64,000 bases of DNA. It comes from Amphiscolops sp. MND2022 (lineage: Eukaryota). Below are positions 34,889 through 47,914 of this stretch, piece after piece (the first letter of the stretch is position 1; each line of letters opens with the position of its first letter). A model generated the notes under the pieces. That model ran no database searches, was not told the origin of the DNA, and saw only the letters and a program-made list of their open reading frames with translations. The position numbers were made by a program, and so were the translations under genes. The stretch is taken from assembly GCA_964187785.1 (NCBI GenBank), contig OZ076409.1:29824001-29888000 (forward strand). The letters run 5' to 3'.

Positions 34889-37800
34889 ATGTTATCCCCC
34901 GAGTTGTCTGAAGAAGAAGTTGCATCGATTGTGATAGCCGCGGAAGGCGCGCTAGCTGAGATGTCAAATTTGGAGCAATTGTCAGATGAAGAAGGTTTCC
35001 AAGCCTCAGTTGATACGTTGTTGGAGGGAGAGACACCATCTGTGTGCTGCCAGTTTGCTCAGCGTGTGACTTCGTCTAATGTAGAGGCTGCTACTACTTT
35101 GTTGGAGATAGCTCTCTCCAGTGAATTCCGTAAGTAAATCCGTAGTTATCGTTTTTCCTTCTTTTGGCTACTGAGACGGTCTTTCAACGTGTTTGTTGTT
35201 GTGTGCTTTGTAGTTAGGGCTAAACTCGTCAAGGTAATTGAAATGTTTGTTGCATTGGTATTTGTGTACTGTAGCTACCAACGTCTCGACTAAAAGGACT
35301 TCCCGGAAACTATTACCTTGGGTAGACTTCTGGGAATTGCTCATGGTTCTCATAGGTTAGATTGTACCATGTATGTTGCAGAATCTTTGAGTCTGACCGA
35401 TATCGTCGCCGCTCTACGACGAATGCTTCAACAGAATGAGCCTCCAGTAGTTGCATCTCCCGCGAGTGCCGTCGAGACTGGGCTCCGGAATTATGTATAC
35501 AGCCAAACTGGTAAGTCTGTTCGCTAACTGGTTCGTCATTGTAACGATGGTGTTATATGATCGTTACTGCTCCGTACGGCGTGTCGGTTATTTATGGTTG
35601 GCTTCGAGATGCACTCTCGTTTACACGATGTGTAGTACTCTGCGTTGTTATCTTTTGGGTGGGATGTTTCCAGGTACAGCGTTGGGTGACTTGTTAACTC
35701 TAGAGGACGTCGTTGCTGCTATCGCTCGACTGCAAAAGGAGTTGTCCGGCGTGGTTAAGACCACCATCGAATCCACTCTTGGTCAGCGCGGGACAGTTGG
35801 GGCAATGGCTGTGGATGAGTTTGTTGGTCAACTGACTGCAGCAGTTTCCCGTTTAGTCCCTGCTAGTGGCTTGAAAGCAACCGTGCCTCGGGAGGATGCC
35901 CCCCTCAGATCGTCATCATCATCTGTGGGTGTTGCGCCAGTTGAAGGTGATGATCAAAAAGACTTGTCGGTCGTAAGCCGGACGGCATCGCTAGTTCCTT
36001 CCATTTTTGGAGAGGGAACCGTAGCAGGATCCTCCAGTGCAGGGAAAGTGGCTGCTGCTAAACCTGGTAAGAATCTCAAAAAGATCATGGGCGGGGTTTT
36101 AGTGAACAATAATGTTAAGATTATCAAGAGACAAGACTAGATATATATGTTTTTTTTGTTTTTGTTTTTTTGTGTATATGTATATGGGACTATTTAACGC
36201 GTTGTGTGTTTGCGTTCTAGCTCGTGCTCGGAAGATCAAGACGCTCAAGCCGTCTTACTTTGTTTCTGGCGTCGTGGGGACCTTCGTTGGGTTCCCCCGG
36301 AACAAGCGGGTGATTGACGGTTACGCTCGATGTTTACTTTGTCGTGCGGATTTGAGCATTGCAGGACGTGGTCTGTCGTCGTTATGGGATCACTGGAAAG
36401 GAGTTGAACACACCCGATTGGAGCAAAAGTACAGGATTATGACACACAGGCCATTGCTGGACAAGTCTTGCAGACTAGTATCTGCAGAAGAAGATAGACG
36501 GATCAGACGTGCTCGTCTGACCAAACCGCCGGTCTTTCTAGAGTCTGCGCTGAAGTTAACTGTGGAGGAGCGAATAGCTATTGAGGAGGCAGAGGCTGAA
36601 GAAGGCGCGCGTCCGCAATTGCAGGACGAAAGTGTGAATTAATTGTGGTTGAGTAATTTCGTCTCAAGTTTTCTGACTGTGACGTCCTTTGATGGGGTGC
36701 TCCGGTCACTGGACTCATGGAGGGACTGTATGGCCAACGAACTTCGTTTTGAGTGCCGTACTCTGACCTACTCTCGTTGTCAGGTAAAAATCAGATTTTG
36801 CTGTCATTATTAAGTTGTACTGGCTACTTAGGTAACTTGCTAGTCAGGTGGTTGTTATCGGTGCATTGTAACGCTTTTCGGGTACGGGTGTTGTGTTTGC
36901 TTACGTTTTTCGGTAATTTTATTAATTTGTTTGATTCTGTTTAGAGTCTCGTGCTGTATGGCTTTTACCAGTATGAAATTGAGCAGTTGGACGCACTGGT
37001 TGCAGCAAGCTCTTGCATCGGCGTTTGCATCCGTCAGTGCGATTGGCGGTGGTGTGGTGAGCTTCACATCGTTGGCGCCCATGGCATAACTTCAGTGGTC
37101 TTGGCGCTTGTTTCCGGTGGAACTGGGTGGGAGAAGCGGCTATTGAACAACGTCATCCCAGTTCTTGCGTGTCTCAAAGACAGAACTCAATTGAAGACGA
37201 TTGCGGTGGAAGGTGATGTACATGTTGGGCGGGCGTTGGCTGCAGTGGTATCGCCTAAGACTCCTCTCGTGGTGGGGTTGATTACGCAGCGGTCAGTGTT
37301 CAACGAGGTACAAAAACAGTTTCTCGCAGAGTTCGCGGGTCTAGATCCTCTCAGTGTCCTGGAATACTTTCGTGTGAGGCTGATGTCCGTTGCTCAAGAG
37401 GGTTTCTTAGACCGTTTGCCGTTATTGCAGCGGGTTAGTAAAAAAACCCTTTTTTTGTTTTTTTTTCTTTTTTTGTGTGTGTGGGTCATGGCATTTGCGT
37501 AGGTTTTCGATTGTTTGGCTCTGGTAACAAGGTAGATCGTGTTCTTGTTTTGTAGTATATTCGACTTGGTGGAGATGACGTGTCCCAACTTGCACTGGTT
37601 TGCGCAGAAGTGGTGGACTATTGGAATGATTTGGCGCTGTACTTTGGTACTCATAGACCGGGAGTGACGTCGGAACTGCGTCCGATTACTCCTCTAGAAA
37701 GTCAGGTGTTCGAGGATGCACTGATTCGGCCTCGTTTTGCTGTTCTGCGCTTAGTGCTAGATTTGAGTGAGTATGGGTTTATATGCCGTTGATCGGATAC

Positions 37801-39291
37801 TCATTTGATTACACGTGTAGCTGTAATTTTGTATGTTGAATATGGTCCAAAATTAGGTTAAGTGGGGACGTATGAAGCTAAAGTTTCGCGTGTACAGTTT
37901 GGTGTGTAACCCATTGGTGTTGGGTTTTAGTGGTTAAGCACTGCCCTAGTTTGTGTAGACGTGGACGCGATGATGGCATTGTCTCGGAACGGGAACTGGC
38001 TCACCTTTTGCGTGGACTAATGAAGTTTATCTATCCGGCTCACAGTATTCCAGCGGAGTACGATATCGCTGCCTTGTTGAAAAATGTGGACCGGGAGTAT
38101 GCCGACGTAGACTCTAAGATGTACAGATTACATTTCGGGCAGTACTTCCGTTTTGACATCAGCACTCAACTGCCTTTCTTTTACAAATCTGTCCAGAAAA
38201 TGTTAGTCGGTATATGTCGTGGACTGAGCGGATTGTGGCAGCGTACGTGGCCCCAGCATTTGAGCTTGACTCCATTTGATCCGGTTCTCATTCATAGTGG
38301 GTCGGATGATCGCTGTGTCGACTCCTTAGTAGCAACTTGTGCTGTGTTGACTGCTCATGGGCTTGTGGGACTAGATGATGGCGGAGTAGTTCAGCAACAA
38401 TATCGCGAAGTCACCCAATTTTTCAAGAGACGCTGGACCTCTACTGCGGAAGAACTACCAGTAGTGGAGGACATTTTCGCGTTGTGGATGTCGTATCCTC
38501 ACTGGGAGCGATGCGAACAATTGCGGCAGGTCATCGATCTGGCTTTCAGTGCAGTGGCCACTAGATCGTACCGGGCGGATTTTGTGGATGACGTCGGCGG
38601 AGCTTTGGATCCTGATGAACTGGCTTCAAGTGTGCATTTCGTCCGGAGTTGGTTCAGTCAGTCTTTTGTGGGGAGATCGCGTCGTCAACTACGTGGTTTG
38701 TTGCGTGTCATTGAGACAACTGACATGCAAGTGTCTCGCTTAAACGATAGCGTTCGCGCTAAACCGTGGGATCAACTCCTCAAAGTCGGACTGGATCAAA
38801 CGTTGTCCTTGTGTGTATCCGTGTTGGACAATGGTCCTGATACTGCAGTCTTTCCGGTGGTGGATGAGTATCGTTCGACAGTACTTGCGCAGTTGAACGT
38901 TATGGCGGTAATGGCAACGAGCCCTACCCGTGTAGCGACGGGTTCTAAAGCGACGCCATCCAGTACAGACGCGAAATCCAAACGGCCCCGCAGTCAGTCT
39001 GATGTAAAGTTGAAGACTTCCAAGAAGACGCCTAACGTGGCTACGGTTGGAACCTCTAAATCTACTGGGCGAACGAGAGGCGTTGTGGTCAGTCGACGAG
39101 GTCTTAGTGCAGCGGTGAAGTCTGGAAAAGGACGGCGAACTGGCGGGAAACCGCATGCATCTAAGAGACTTGTATTATCTACGGCGGCAAGTGAGGCTTC
39201 AGATCATGGTAGTCAATCGTCCAGTGACGATGTGCCACTGTCTACTACTAAGCGGACGAAGCAGGTCATCCGTGATTCACCGGATGAATAG
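34889..39291 (+). CDS. 7-exon antisense gene, ~1128 aa, degenerate hAT-transposase-like protein with BED-like zinc finger; one premature TAA at 36640
   Basis: Exons 34889-35129, 35382-35510, 35674-36066, 36221-36783, 36945-37433, 37556-37766, 37931-39291. All six introns are GT-AG with matching phases (1,1,1,0,0,1); summed length 3387 nt = 1129 codons. Zinc finger ARCLLCRADLSIAGRGLSSLWDHWKGVEH. Confidence 0.8.
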
Positions 39292-41431
39292 TTGTGAACT
39301 AGACATGCTGTTGAGCGTGTATTTGTCAGTTTGTCGTTTGCTAAAATGATTTGTACCTTCTTGAATGTTTTGCTTCTGAAAGTGTAGTTTGTATATTTTT
39401 TTTGTTGATTTATCGCAGGAGCGTTTTTATGTGTATCGGGAGTCACAAGGTGCTAGTTGCGTTATCCGGTAACCTCCTTTCCTACTTGTTGAACTAGTGG
39501 TTATTTTAGAACGTTGAGCTTGTTTTTCAGTTTTCATTTCGATGATTTTTGTTTATTTCTGCATACTTGTTGTGTTGTTCTTTTTTCATGATTTGTAGTA
39601 TTCAGTTGTTGTTGGTCCATGACCTTTGACTAAGTTTTGTTTTACTTCCAATGACCTTAGTACAGTTGAATTTACATGTTGCCTACGTTATACAAATTTT
39701 TTACCCTAATTTGCATGTAAACTTAGGTAGCTGGTTTCAAAATGTTGGAGCGATAGACTCAGCTTTGCAAGTCATTCAAGTTCTAGTAGAGTAGTCGCCG
39801 AGGTAACTACCATTGAAAAGCTCTCACTCACCAAGTGCCATCCTCGTGTCAGCGTTGTTCATGATTATAGCTTACATATGACAGAGATGGAAACTTGGTG
39901 GGTGGGTGGAGTCGCTCAACTCCTACAGATGATCTGAACTTTTGAGTAGCTGCTTTTATAGTGCTCTAGTTGGTTATTTGACAGGTGTTTACTAACTTAG
40001 GTGTCATTCTAATCTGTCAGTTCATGTCGAGTTTTACCTATATTCATTTCTCATGTAGCGTTATTCTTGACGTCGTCATCGTTGATGTGTGTCATGCGAC
40101 GTCATCACTCGTGTCGTGTGTCGAGTGTTAACGTCAATCTTAATGGTAGATGGGTTTCCCCATAGCCATTAAACTTTTTGACAAGGGATGGTGAGTTCCA
40201 TCCCTTGTTACGAATTTTCGGTGATGTAGTGATTGAGCCTGCATGTTTTTTGTTGTTCTGTCCTTCCCGCCGCGAGGCGAAGCCTACGCATCAACAGTAG
40301 GAACGAAAGTGTCATGGCCTGAATTCGATGCAAAGATGACGACTGCATTTTACTGTCCTAGGAAAAGTTTTATATGTTGTTCATTGGATTGGGAAGGTTA
40401 TTTGCCGTCGCAAAAACCCATACAAAACTAACACCGAATCCACTTGCTAAAGAGCAAGCTTCATCTGAATGTTTGTACAACCACACAGACGCGCATTTGA
40501 CGACGCACCCACACAGCCGAACCACATCATGATTTCCTGAGCGGAAGTGCGGGACTAGATTTTGGCGGCGTAACTTAACTAAGGCAGCTATCTCTTTTGC
40601 ATGTTCGATTGTGTGCTGTTACTTTTGCTAATTTTGGTTTATTACTGTCGTCATAAGGTTGGTAAGTACAGAATTGTAAAGCAATTCCTTTGAAAGTGTG
40701 TGGTTGGGATTTTCTGTGAATTGCATAAATTAGCAACTCATTTGCATGTGTTTTACATGTACTTAATAATTTCCTGTTAACGTGATGTGGTGTGTATGAC
40801 TGCATTGCATGTATTTACATTTGCGCTCAGCTGTCTCGGTAGAGAGTAACAATATACTCTGCCGGTAAACTCAAGTATGTTGGACAGTAAGTATCAGTCG
40901 TCACTGAATGGCGTAAAGTAATCCAAACAATTTAAAGGTATGATTGATGCATGTGGTGATGTCAACTACATTCAATTAATTGCATGTACATTTTTTCTTT
41001 ATTTACGGTGAAAATGACGTAGTATGTGTGGCAGCGTTAGGTGTTTCTTTTCGTTCATACTGCTGGTGTAATAGGGTGAGGCGTTGAATAACACGTAGCG
41101 ACGCAGTGTGTGGAACTGCGTAACGGCTTTCTCGCCTGTTGTTCGTTAGCCGGTTAAGGGCGGAAATATGCTCTGGCCGGTAATTTTGAAAACTGATGAC
41201 AGTGAGTGTTAGGCGTTATTTATGGTATCATTCAGTATTGTTTTTTCTTTGTGTCTACTTGATTTAATTTACATGTATGTGTTACGAGATTCTCTTTTTT
41301 GTTTTTTTTTGTAGAGGGTGTAGGACATTCCCATTTAATTTTTGCATGTGATATCACTTCTCGTGCCGATACGAGGCGAAGCCTACGAGTTGTCAGCAGG
41401 AGAGAACACAGATTTTATGTTTGCATGCATT

Positions 41432-44400
41432 TTAGTCGGTGGATTTGTCTTGCATGAATTTTAGCAGAGCCGGTTTGACTCGGAGTTCGTGAACTAAGAA
41501 GTTCTGGTAGATTTTCGGTTGCAGTTCGGTTCGGAGGTTGTACCGTGTTGCGTTGTTACGCGACGTTGTGTGGTCATGCTCATTATGAACTGTCGTTGTA
41601 TGTTCAGTCACAGGTTCGTTTGTTTCAGTATCTGGTTCGTTGTTGGTGTCGTAATGAACAACTGAATTGTCAGGCGGTTGTTCGCAGGTTTCAGGTGAGC
41701 TCTCAGGAATTGGTTGCGTCAGCGTATGATCGTTCAATTTCCGTACATGCTCATAATAGATAATGCCGTGTTCATTATTGATTTCTTCTTGATCGGTTGT
41801 TTTCGGTGCCGGTTCCGCATACAAATGCTGAGGCATGTGGTCATTGAAGAGCGCTTGATCATCGGCCGCATCTGGGTCAGCGAACAAGCGATTTGAGTCT
41901 TCTTCAATGTCCGGTATTGGTGCGTTCGGTGTGAAAGGACGTAGTCGCATCCTATGCACGCACTGTGTTCGGAAGGTTCCGACCTTCCTGATTATGTAGT
42001 TAAAGTTTGTCAGTACTTTAATTACTTCGAAGGGACCTTCCCATTTGAAATCATGGAAGTTAATCTTGTCGGACTGCGTGGTGAGTTTAGGATTAAGCAT
42101 AATTGTGTAGTCGTTGACCTTCAATGGTAACGCTTGGGCTTTACGGTCGTAGTACTTTTTGTACTTGTGGTATGCTTGCAGTATGTTATCATTGACTTGT
42201 TGGTATTTGCCGTTCACCTGGTCAACTAATCTTTTGATATCAGTTTCCGTGGTTTCACATTTCAGAGGGTTACCGAATTTGAGGTCTAACGCGTTAAACG
42301 GAACTCTGCCGTGGAAGACTTCGCTCGGAGTGCACTTGAGTGATTGATGGTAAGTTGTGTTATAAGCCATTACTGCAAGATTAACTTACCTGTCTCATTG
42401 GGGGGAGTCGACGGAAATGTTAATCTTCAGAATTTGTTTCAGTCTTTGGTGGGAACGCTCCACCATCCCTATGGTTTGGGCATGCTTTACAGTAGCGTGA
42501 TCGATTTTGATTCCGGCAGTTTTCATGATTTCGGTCATGATGTTGGATGTGAAAGCCGTGCCTTTGTCGGTGATAATTGTCTTCGGGACGTAGGCGTGTT
42601 GGGTGAATATTTGCATGAGCGCTTTTACAACCGAGTTAGTGTCTGGTTTCCGTATAGGTACAGCGAACAAATACCGTGAGAAGTAGTCGCACGCCGTCAG
42701 GATAAGCGTATATCCGTTTGAGTTAGGTAGTTCACCTACTAAATCGATTTCCAGTACGTCTTCCGGGCCGTTACAGGGGTCGTAGATTTTTTCCAGAGGA
42801 GGCATTAGTCGTCTTGGGTTAACAGGTTTTGCTTTGATGCACTCAATACAATTACTTACGTACTTTGACACGTGTTCACTCAGGCTTGGTATGTAGTAAC
42901 GCTTGCGGAGTTCTACCAACATTTTTGATGCCCCAGGGTGTCCCTGCATGGGGTCGCCATGCATTGTCCTGATTATGGGCATGGTAGTTTCTGGAGGTAC
43001 TACGATTTGTTTAAGTAGAATTCCGCCAGTGTTATCAAAATGTTCCTGTAGAGTACCTTGTTGACTACTTCAAGTCTTTTTTTGTTTTTTACCAGTTTTT
43101 GAAAAAAGGAGCTAGTAAAGTTAACGTGGTTTGGTAGTGGTTCGTCGTCCACTAAAACGCGGACCATTTTTAGGACGTCTTAGTTACCTAACTGATCTTG
43201 GACGATTTGTGAATCCCCTTGCGGGCATACCTGATTTACCGGGTTAAGGTGGTGACGTCTGGTAAACCTCGTCAGTATGATGGAAGGGGTGTCTCCTGCC
43301 AGAACAGGTTCGAGGTGTCGGCTGATGATCTGAATCATCTTGAGACATTCGTCGTCATGTGTTTGAAGGTTGTTCGCCATTGAGTTTAGTAGAGTCCGCA
43401 TCTTGGTGAAGTCGTCTGCTGGACCGGTGGTTTCAGACTGGTGTGTAGTGGGTATCGCTGCATCGGGTTGTTGTTGGTCTGGGTCGTAGTCTTCTTCGTC
43501 CTCGTCCTGTTTTGGGGTTTTGGCCGCAAGATCTATTTCGATGTGGTGGACTGGAATCTGGTCATTCAATTTCAAGTGAATTCTGTCTTCAGGGTTAATG
43601 TCTAATCGAGACAGGTAATCCGCCGCTGGGTTCTCGACTCCAGGGACGTGGGCGAGAACAAAGTCAAATTGAAGTGCTTGGTCACAATGGTTCCATAGTT
43701 TGGGTGGTATTCGTTTCGAATGGAAGAAGCGGGTCAGGGCCTTGTTATCTGTCATCACAATTGTGGGTTTTTTGACACCCCACAGTATGTGAGCAAATTC
43801 GTCGAAGGCGAAGTGCATTGCGAGGAATTCTTTAGCATACATGGTCAATGACATTTGACCTTCCGTGAATCGTTGTGAGCCGAATGCTACAGGGGCGTAC
43901 GTCTTCTTCTGTCCATCATTGGCTTCGGTGTAGTCCTCAATGAGGAGCACGTACCCTGCTGCGTGTTCACTCGCATCGCACATGATGACCAGTTGTTTGT
44001 CTGGTAGTGGTAGTCGCAGAGATAGTTTTGCAGCTCGTACCAGGTTCTGATTAATATCAAAAATTGCGTCCTTGTGAACCTGCGTCAGGGTGAACTTGAT
44101 GTCTTTCTGTAGTAGTTTGTACAGAGGAACAAGTTTTTCTGCTAACATCGGTATGTACTGTCTGTAGAATTGTACGAATCCGATGTAGCGTTGTAGTGAT
44201 TTGACTGACGTTGGTGTTTTCAGGTTGTTGAGGAATTTGTCGATCTTGTCCTCAAGTGGCGCAATCCCTTTGGTAGTGATGCTTCTACCTAAGAACTCGA
44301 TCTTCGGGTGACCAAAGGCGCATTTTGACATCAACAGCTTTAGACCTGCCTTCTGAATCTGCTGGAAAACTGCTTCGATGTTAATTATCAGTTCGTCCAC

Positions 44401-46382
44401 ATTGTTGGCAGCGATCCCAATGTCGTCGACGTTTTGGGCACATTTGTCTGCTTTTACCAGTGCATCTAAGTACTCTCGAATTGTACTGTTGAATGCAGAC
44501 AAAGACCTATTCAACCCTTGCGCGAGTCGGAGGTAAGCAAAGGTTCTGCTGCCAAAATTGAATGCCAGAAATTGTATTGATTGTTCGTCGGCCATTTGGA
44601 GACAGTGGTAAGCTTGCGAACAGTCAAGCTTGCAAAAGTACCTTTTGCCAGCCATATGCTGGGCTGCATCGGCAATGATCGTTACTGGGTGGTTGTGGTT
44701 GTTGTAGTCATTTTTGAGGAGGTGGTTGATCCGCCTCAAATCGACTAATATCCGAAGTTTCCCGTTAGGTTTTCGTTGTGCGAAAATTGGGGAGGAATAT
44801 TTACTGTATGGTAACGTCGTGATGATCCCGTACTCCTGCATCAGTGCGAGTTCGACCAGCAGATCATCTTTCAGATTGGTTGGAGTAGGTAGACTCTGGG
44901 CGTACACGGGATCATCGTGTTTTGGGGTCAGCTTGATCCTGAAATCGGTGTTGATGCCGATATCAAGACGATGTCGAGCAAATATCGTGTGCTATTTGAC
45001 GAGCAGTTCTTCGATCCTCTGTTGCTCGTGCTCAGTGAGGATCGAGTCGTCCCAGCTGAAAATTTTGAGGAATGTTTGGCGTTGTTCGTCATCGCATGTC
45101 GGGTTGAGTTTTTCAGCTTTTCGGAGTTTGATGAGTTCGTCGTAGATACGTCTTTCTATTTTATTCAGCTTGTCAGGATCGTCACATGTTTCGGGCGTCG
45201 GGTACCATCTTTTATCATTTGTGGCGCTTGGATCCTGGAACAGTTGGTTGATCACATTAGCCGCTTCATCAGGGAATTTAGTGATCAACGCCAGCTGCTC
45301 GTTGGTCATTGGCTGGATGTTTCTGGCTTGGTTTGGCGTAAGTATTCGGAAGACTGCGATTGTACTGCTCTGAGGTATTGTAACTGCGTGGTCCATGTGG
45401 TTGGTAATTTGGACGTGTGTCTGTTGGTCCTTGATTTCAGACATTGATGGTGACACTAGCAATTCGGTTTTTCGTTCAAAGGCTGAGAACGCCTCTATTG
45501 TGCCTGTCACTATTCCGATGTCCTTGTCCGTTGTAACAGTCACAAATATTTGTTGTCCCGGCGAGATGGTTGTTTTTTGGGTTGTTCTGAGTTCCAACAT
45601 CTGCAGTTTGAATTTCCCGTTTGGCGGTTTTAGTTGGAGGGTTATTTCTGGGAATCGTACAATGTTATTTGCAAGGTCTAGCGTGACAGAGTATTTTTTT
45701 AAAGAACGACATTCCGATGAGGATGTTTCCCATTGTTGGTAGGATCATGAATGTTGTTTCCCCCAATGAAAAATCGAAGAAGCACTTGTTTTCTCACCGG
45801 AACGATATTTCCGTTGGCTATTTGGACTTTGAAGTCCGGTGCTGGATATTCTTCCAACTGGGCTGCTGGGTGGGCTTGTAGGATTCGACGTAGCTCGTTT
45901 TCAGACATCGCGCTCTGGATGGCACCAGTGTCCTGTAGCCCTTGATTTTCATACTCACGGAATTGAAGAGGGACGTAGAGCATCTTGTTTCTTCTGTCTA
46001 ACTGGAGTGTAGCGCTTAATGGTCTGATGTTTGTTGGCTTCGGTTGGTGCCCCTGTTTGGTATTGTCATCCAGTTCATTCGGTTTTTGTTGTGGGTTTCT
46101 AGTTCTGGTCGGGTTGACCCTCTCGCGTTGGTGTGGCCTGGCTGCAGTCTCTTTCGGAATGCAGCCCTTCGTTGTACAATTGGGGTTGTCGTCTATGAGA
46201 GGGAGTATGTGGTAGTTATTTGTCGAGACTTTGCGTACATAGTATTTTGTTGATAGTTTAGTCTGTTTATCAGGACGCTGCCAACATCCTGTCGTTGTAG
46301 TTTTCGAGTAGTAGTGAGTTGGAGTTGGTTTTTTGTTGCGCGCACTTTCTGTTTGGTTGGACTGAGGATGACGTGGCATCAC
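41432..46382 (-). pseudogene. pol: pol (PR-RT-RH-IN) with a few stops/frameshifts
   Basis: DTGA protease; RT KLDCSQAYH...NVDDIG; RNase H CDASEHAAG; IN HHCC (MHGDPMQGHPG...CIEC), IDLVG/TDKG/VER, and WEGPF GPY/F motif. Confidence 0.92.
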
Positions 46383-47914
46383 AAGTTTTTTGAATTCGTA
46401 TCGTATTCATCGTTGTAGTCCATGTCGTAGCAGTCGTTGGTTTCTTCTGGTTGGGTGGTCTGGCTTGTCGCTTGCGTGACTTGGTAGGTTGGTTGGTAGT
46501 TGTTTTGTGACTGTTTGAATTCACGGCGGAACTCTCGGTTTTCTTTGGTGTATTGTTTGTCATATGGTACATTTCGGTAAGCCGATGCTCCTGGTACCCT
46601 GTCTCTGCAATCCCGTGCTGAATGTCCGATCCTGCCACAAATTTGGCATACTAATTTGGAGTTGTATCGTGGTTTTTCGGTTTCTTGTTGTTGGGCATTG
46701 TTGTTTCCAGGTTGGGGAAGTTGTTGTGATTTCTTCGTTATTCCGTTGGCTTCGTCCCTGAGGCGTTTACGGCATTCAATCCACTTGTGGCCTAGTATGT
46801 TGCAGTATCTGCAATTTCCTTCGAATCTTCGTTTGACTTCTCTTGTTGGGTTCTTCTCGGTGTTGTTTGGGTTGTGGGCTGGCTGAGCGTTGTTTTGCTT
46901 TGGTTGGTAGTTGTAGACCTGGTTAAGTGGCTGCATATCCGAGGTGCCGGGGAGCAGTTGTGCATATTGGCAACGGCGTTGTACAAACGTCTTGATTTCT
47001 TCAACCTTGGCATCGTGTTTGCCTGCCATGGCAAGTTCATTCTGAATCTGGATTGGTAGTTTGGCAAACAAGAATGTTTCGGCTATGTCATTGGCTTTAT
47101 CTCCGTATGCTTGTTTGGCAAGTTTCTTGTATCTAGTTAGGAAATCAGCAAATGATTCTTTTGTGGGGTCATACCTCATCTGATCGAATTTGTACTTCGA
47201 TACTTCTTTGAGGTCTTCTTTCGCATACTCCTTGGTGAAAGCTTGCAGGACGTCTTGGAGTGTCGTTTCTGTCGTGATTTTTAGTGTTTGCCAGAATTCT
47301 ATGGCTTCGTCTCTAAGCAGGCTTTGAAAATAGTTTAGCTTCTGCTCTTCTGTTACTTTGTTCATGTGTGGGCGGAGGTGGTTCTTCAGTAGGTGTTCGA
47401 ATTCGTTGTACTTCTCTCGGTTTCCGCGGAAGAGAGGTACTTGAGTTTGGAGGATTTTGGGCTGTATTACTCCGTCGGTCATTGTTGTTCGTAGGTTGTG
47501 TATTTCGGTCAATACATCATCCATCTGAGGTTCATTGGTGGGTGGTGCACGATCTCTGTTTTGGTGAGTTGCAGGGTTTGGGAGGGTTCTGCGTGGTTGT
47601 TGGATATTTGGAGTCGGATTTGGGTTCGTGGAGACTCCTGTCACCATGTCAGAACGAGTCACGTTCGTGTTAATAACGGTGGTGAGACCGCTACATTCGG
47701 TCGTCGGTGCTGATATTTTCTCGGTAAGGGCTAACACAATGTTTGTTAATTCGCTGATTTGTTTATTCATCTCCATGAAACGTTGATCAACGGAATTTGA
47801 ACTAGAATTTTGTCTAACATTGATTAAATCTCCATTCTCGAATTCATTCATCTGGTTTCTAGATATTGTGTTAGGAAAACTATATTCGCTTTCGTTGTCA
47901 CTATTCTGTTCCAT
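46379..47914 (-). CDS. gag: Gag (511 aa), begins inside the 5' LTR
   Basis: Two CCHC knuckles (CRYCNILGHKWIEC, CQICGRIGHSARDC). Open frame runs through the LTR end and PBS. Confidence 0.92.
   Translation of the reverse strand: MEQNSDNESEYSFPNTISRNQMNEFENGDLINVRQNSSSNSVDQRFMEMNKQISELTNIVLALTEKISAPTTECSGLTTVINTNVTRSDMVTGVSTNPNPTPNIQQPRRTLPNPATHQNRDRAPPTNEPQMDDVLTEIHNLRTTMTDGVIQPKILQTQVPLFRGNREKYNEFEHLLKNHLRPHMNKVTEEQKLNYFQSLLRDEAIEFWQTLKITTETTLQDVLQAFTKEYAKEDLKEVSKYKFDQMRYDPTKESFADFLTRYKKLAKQAYGDKANDIAETFLFAKLPIQIQNELAMAGKHDAKVEEIKTFVQRRCQYAQLLPGTSDMQPLNQVYNYQPKQNNAQPAHNPNNTEKNPTREVKRRFEGNCRYCNILGHKWIECRKRLRDEANGITKKSQQLPQPGNNNAQQQETEKPRYNSKLVCQICGRIGHSARDCRDRVPGASAYRNVPYDKQYTKENREFRREFKQSQNNYQPTYQVTQATSQTTQPEETNDCYDMDYNDEYDTNSKNL
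46385..46391 (-). promoter_or_regulatory. Putative -1 ribosomal frameshift slippery site A-AAA-AAC
   Basis: In gag frame (TCA AAA AAC TTG TGA). The -1 frame continues into the pol ORF (LVMPRHP). Confidence 0.7.

Noticed and set aside
41188..41240. Hammerhead ribozyme at CTGATGA
   Set aside because: No stem II followed by GAAA downstream.
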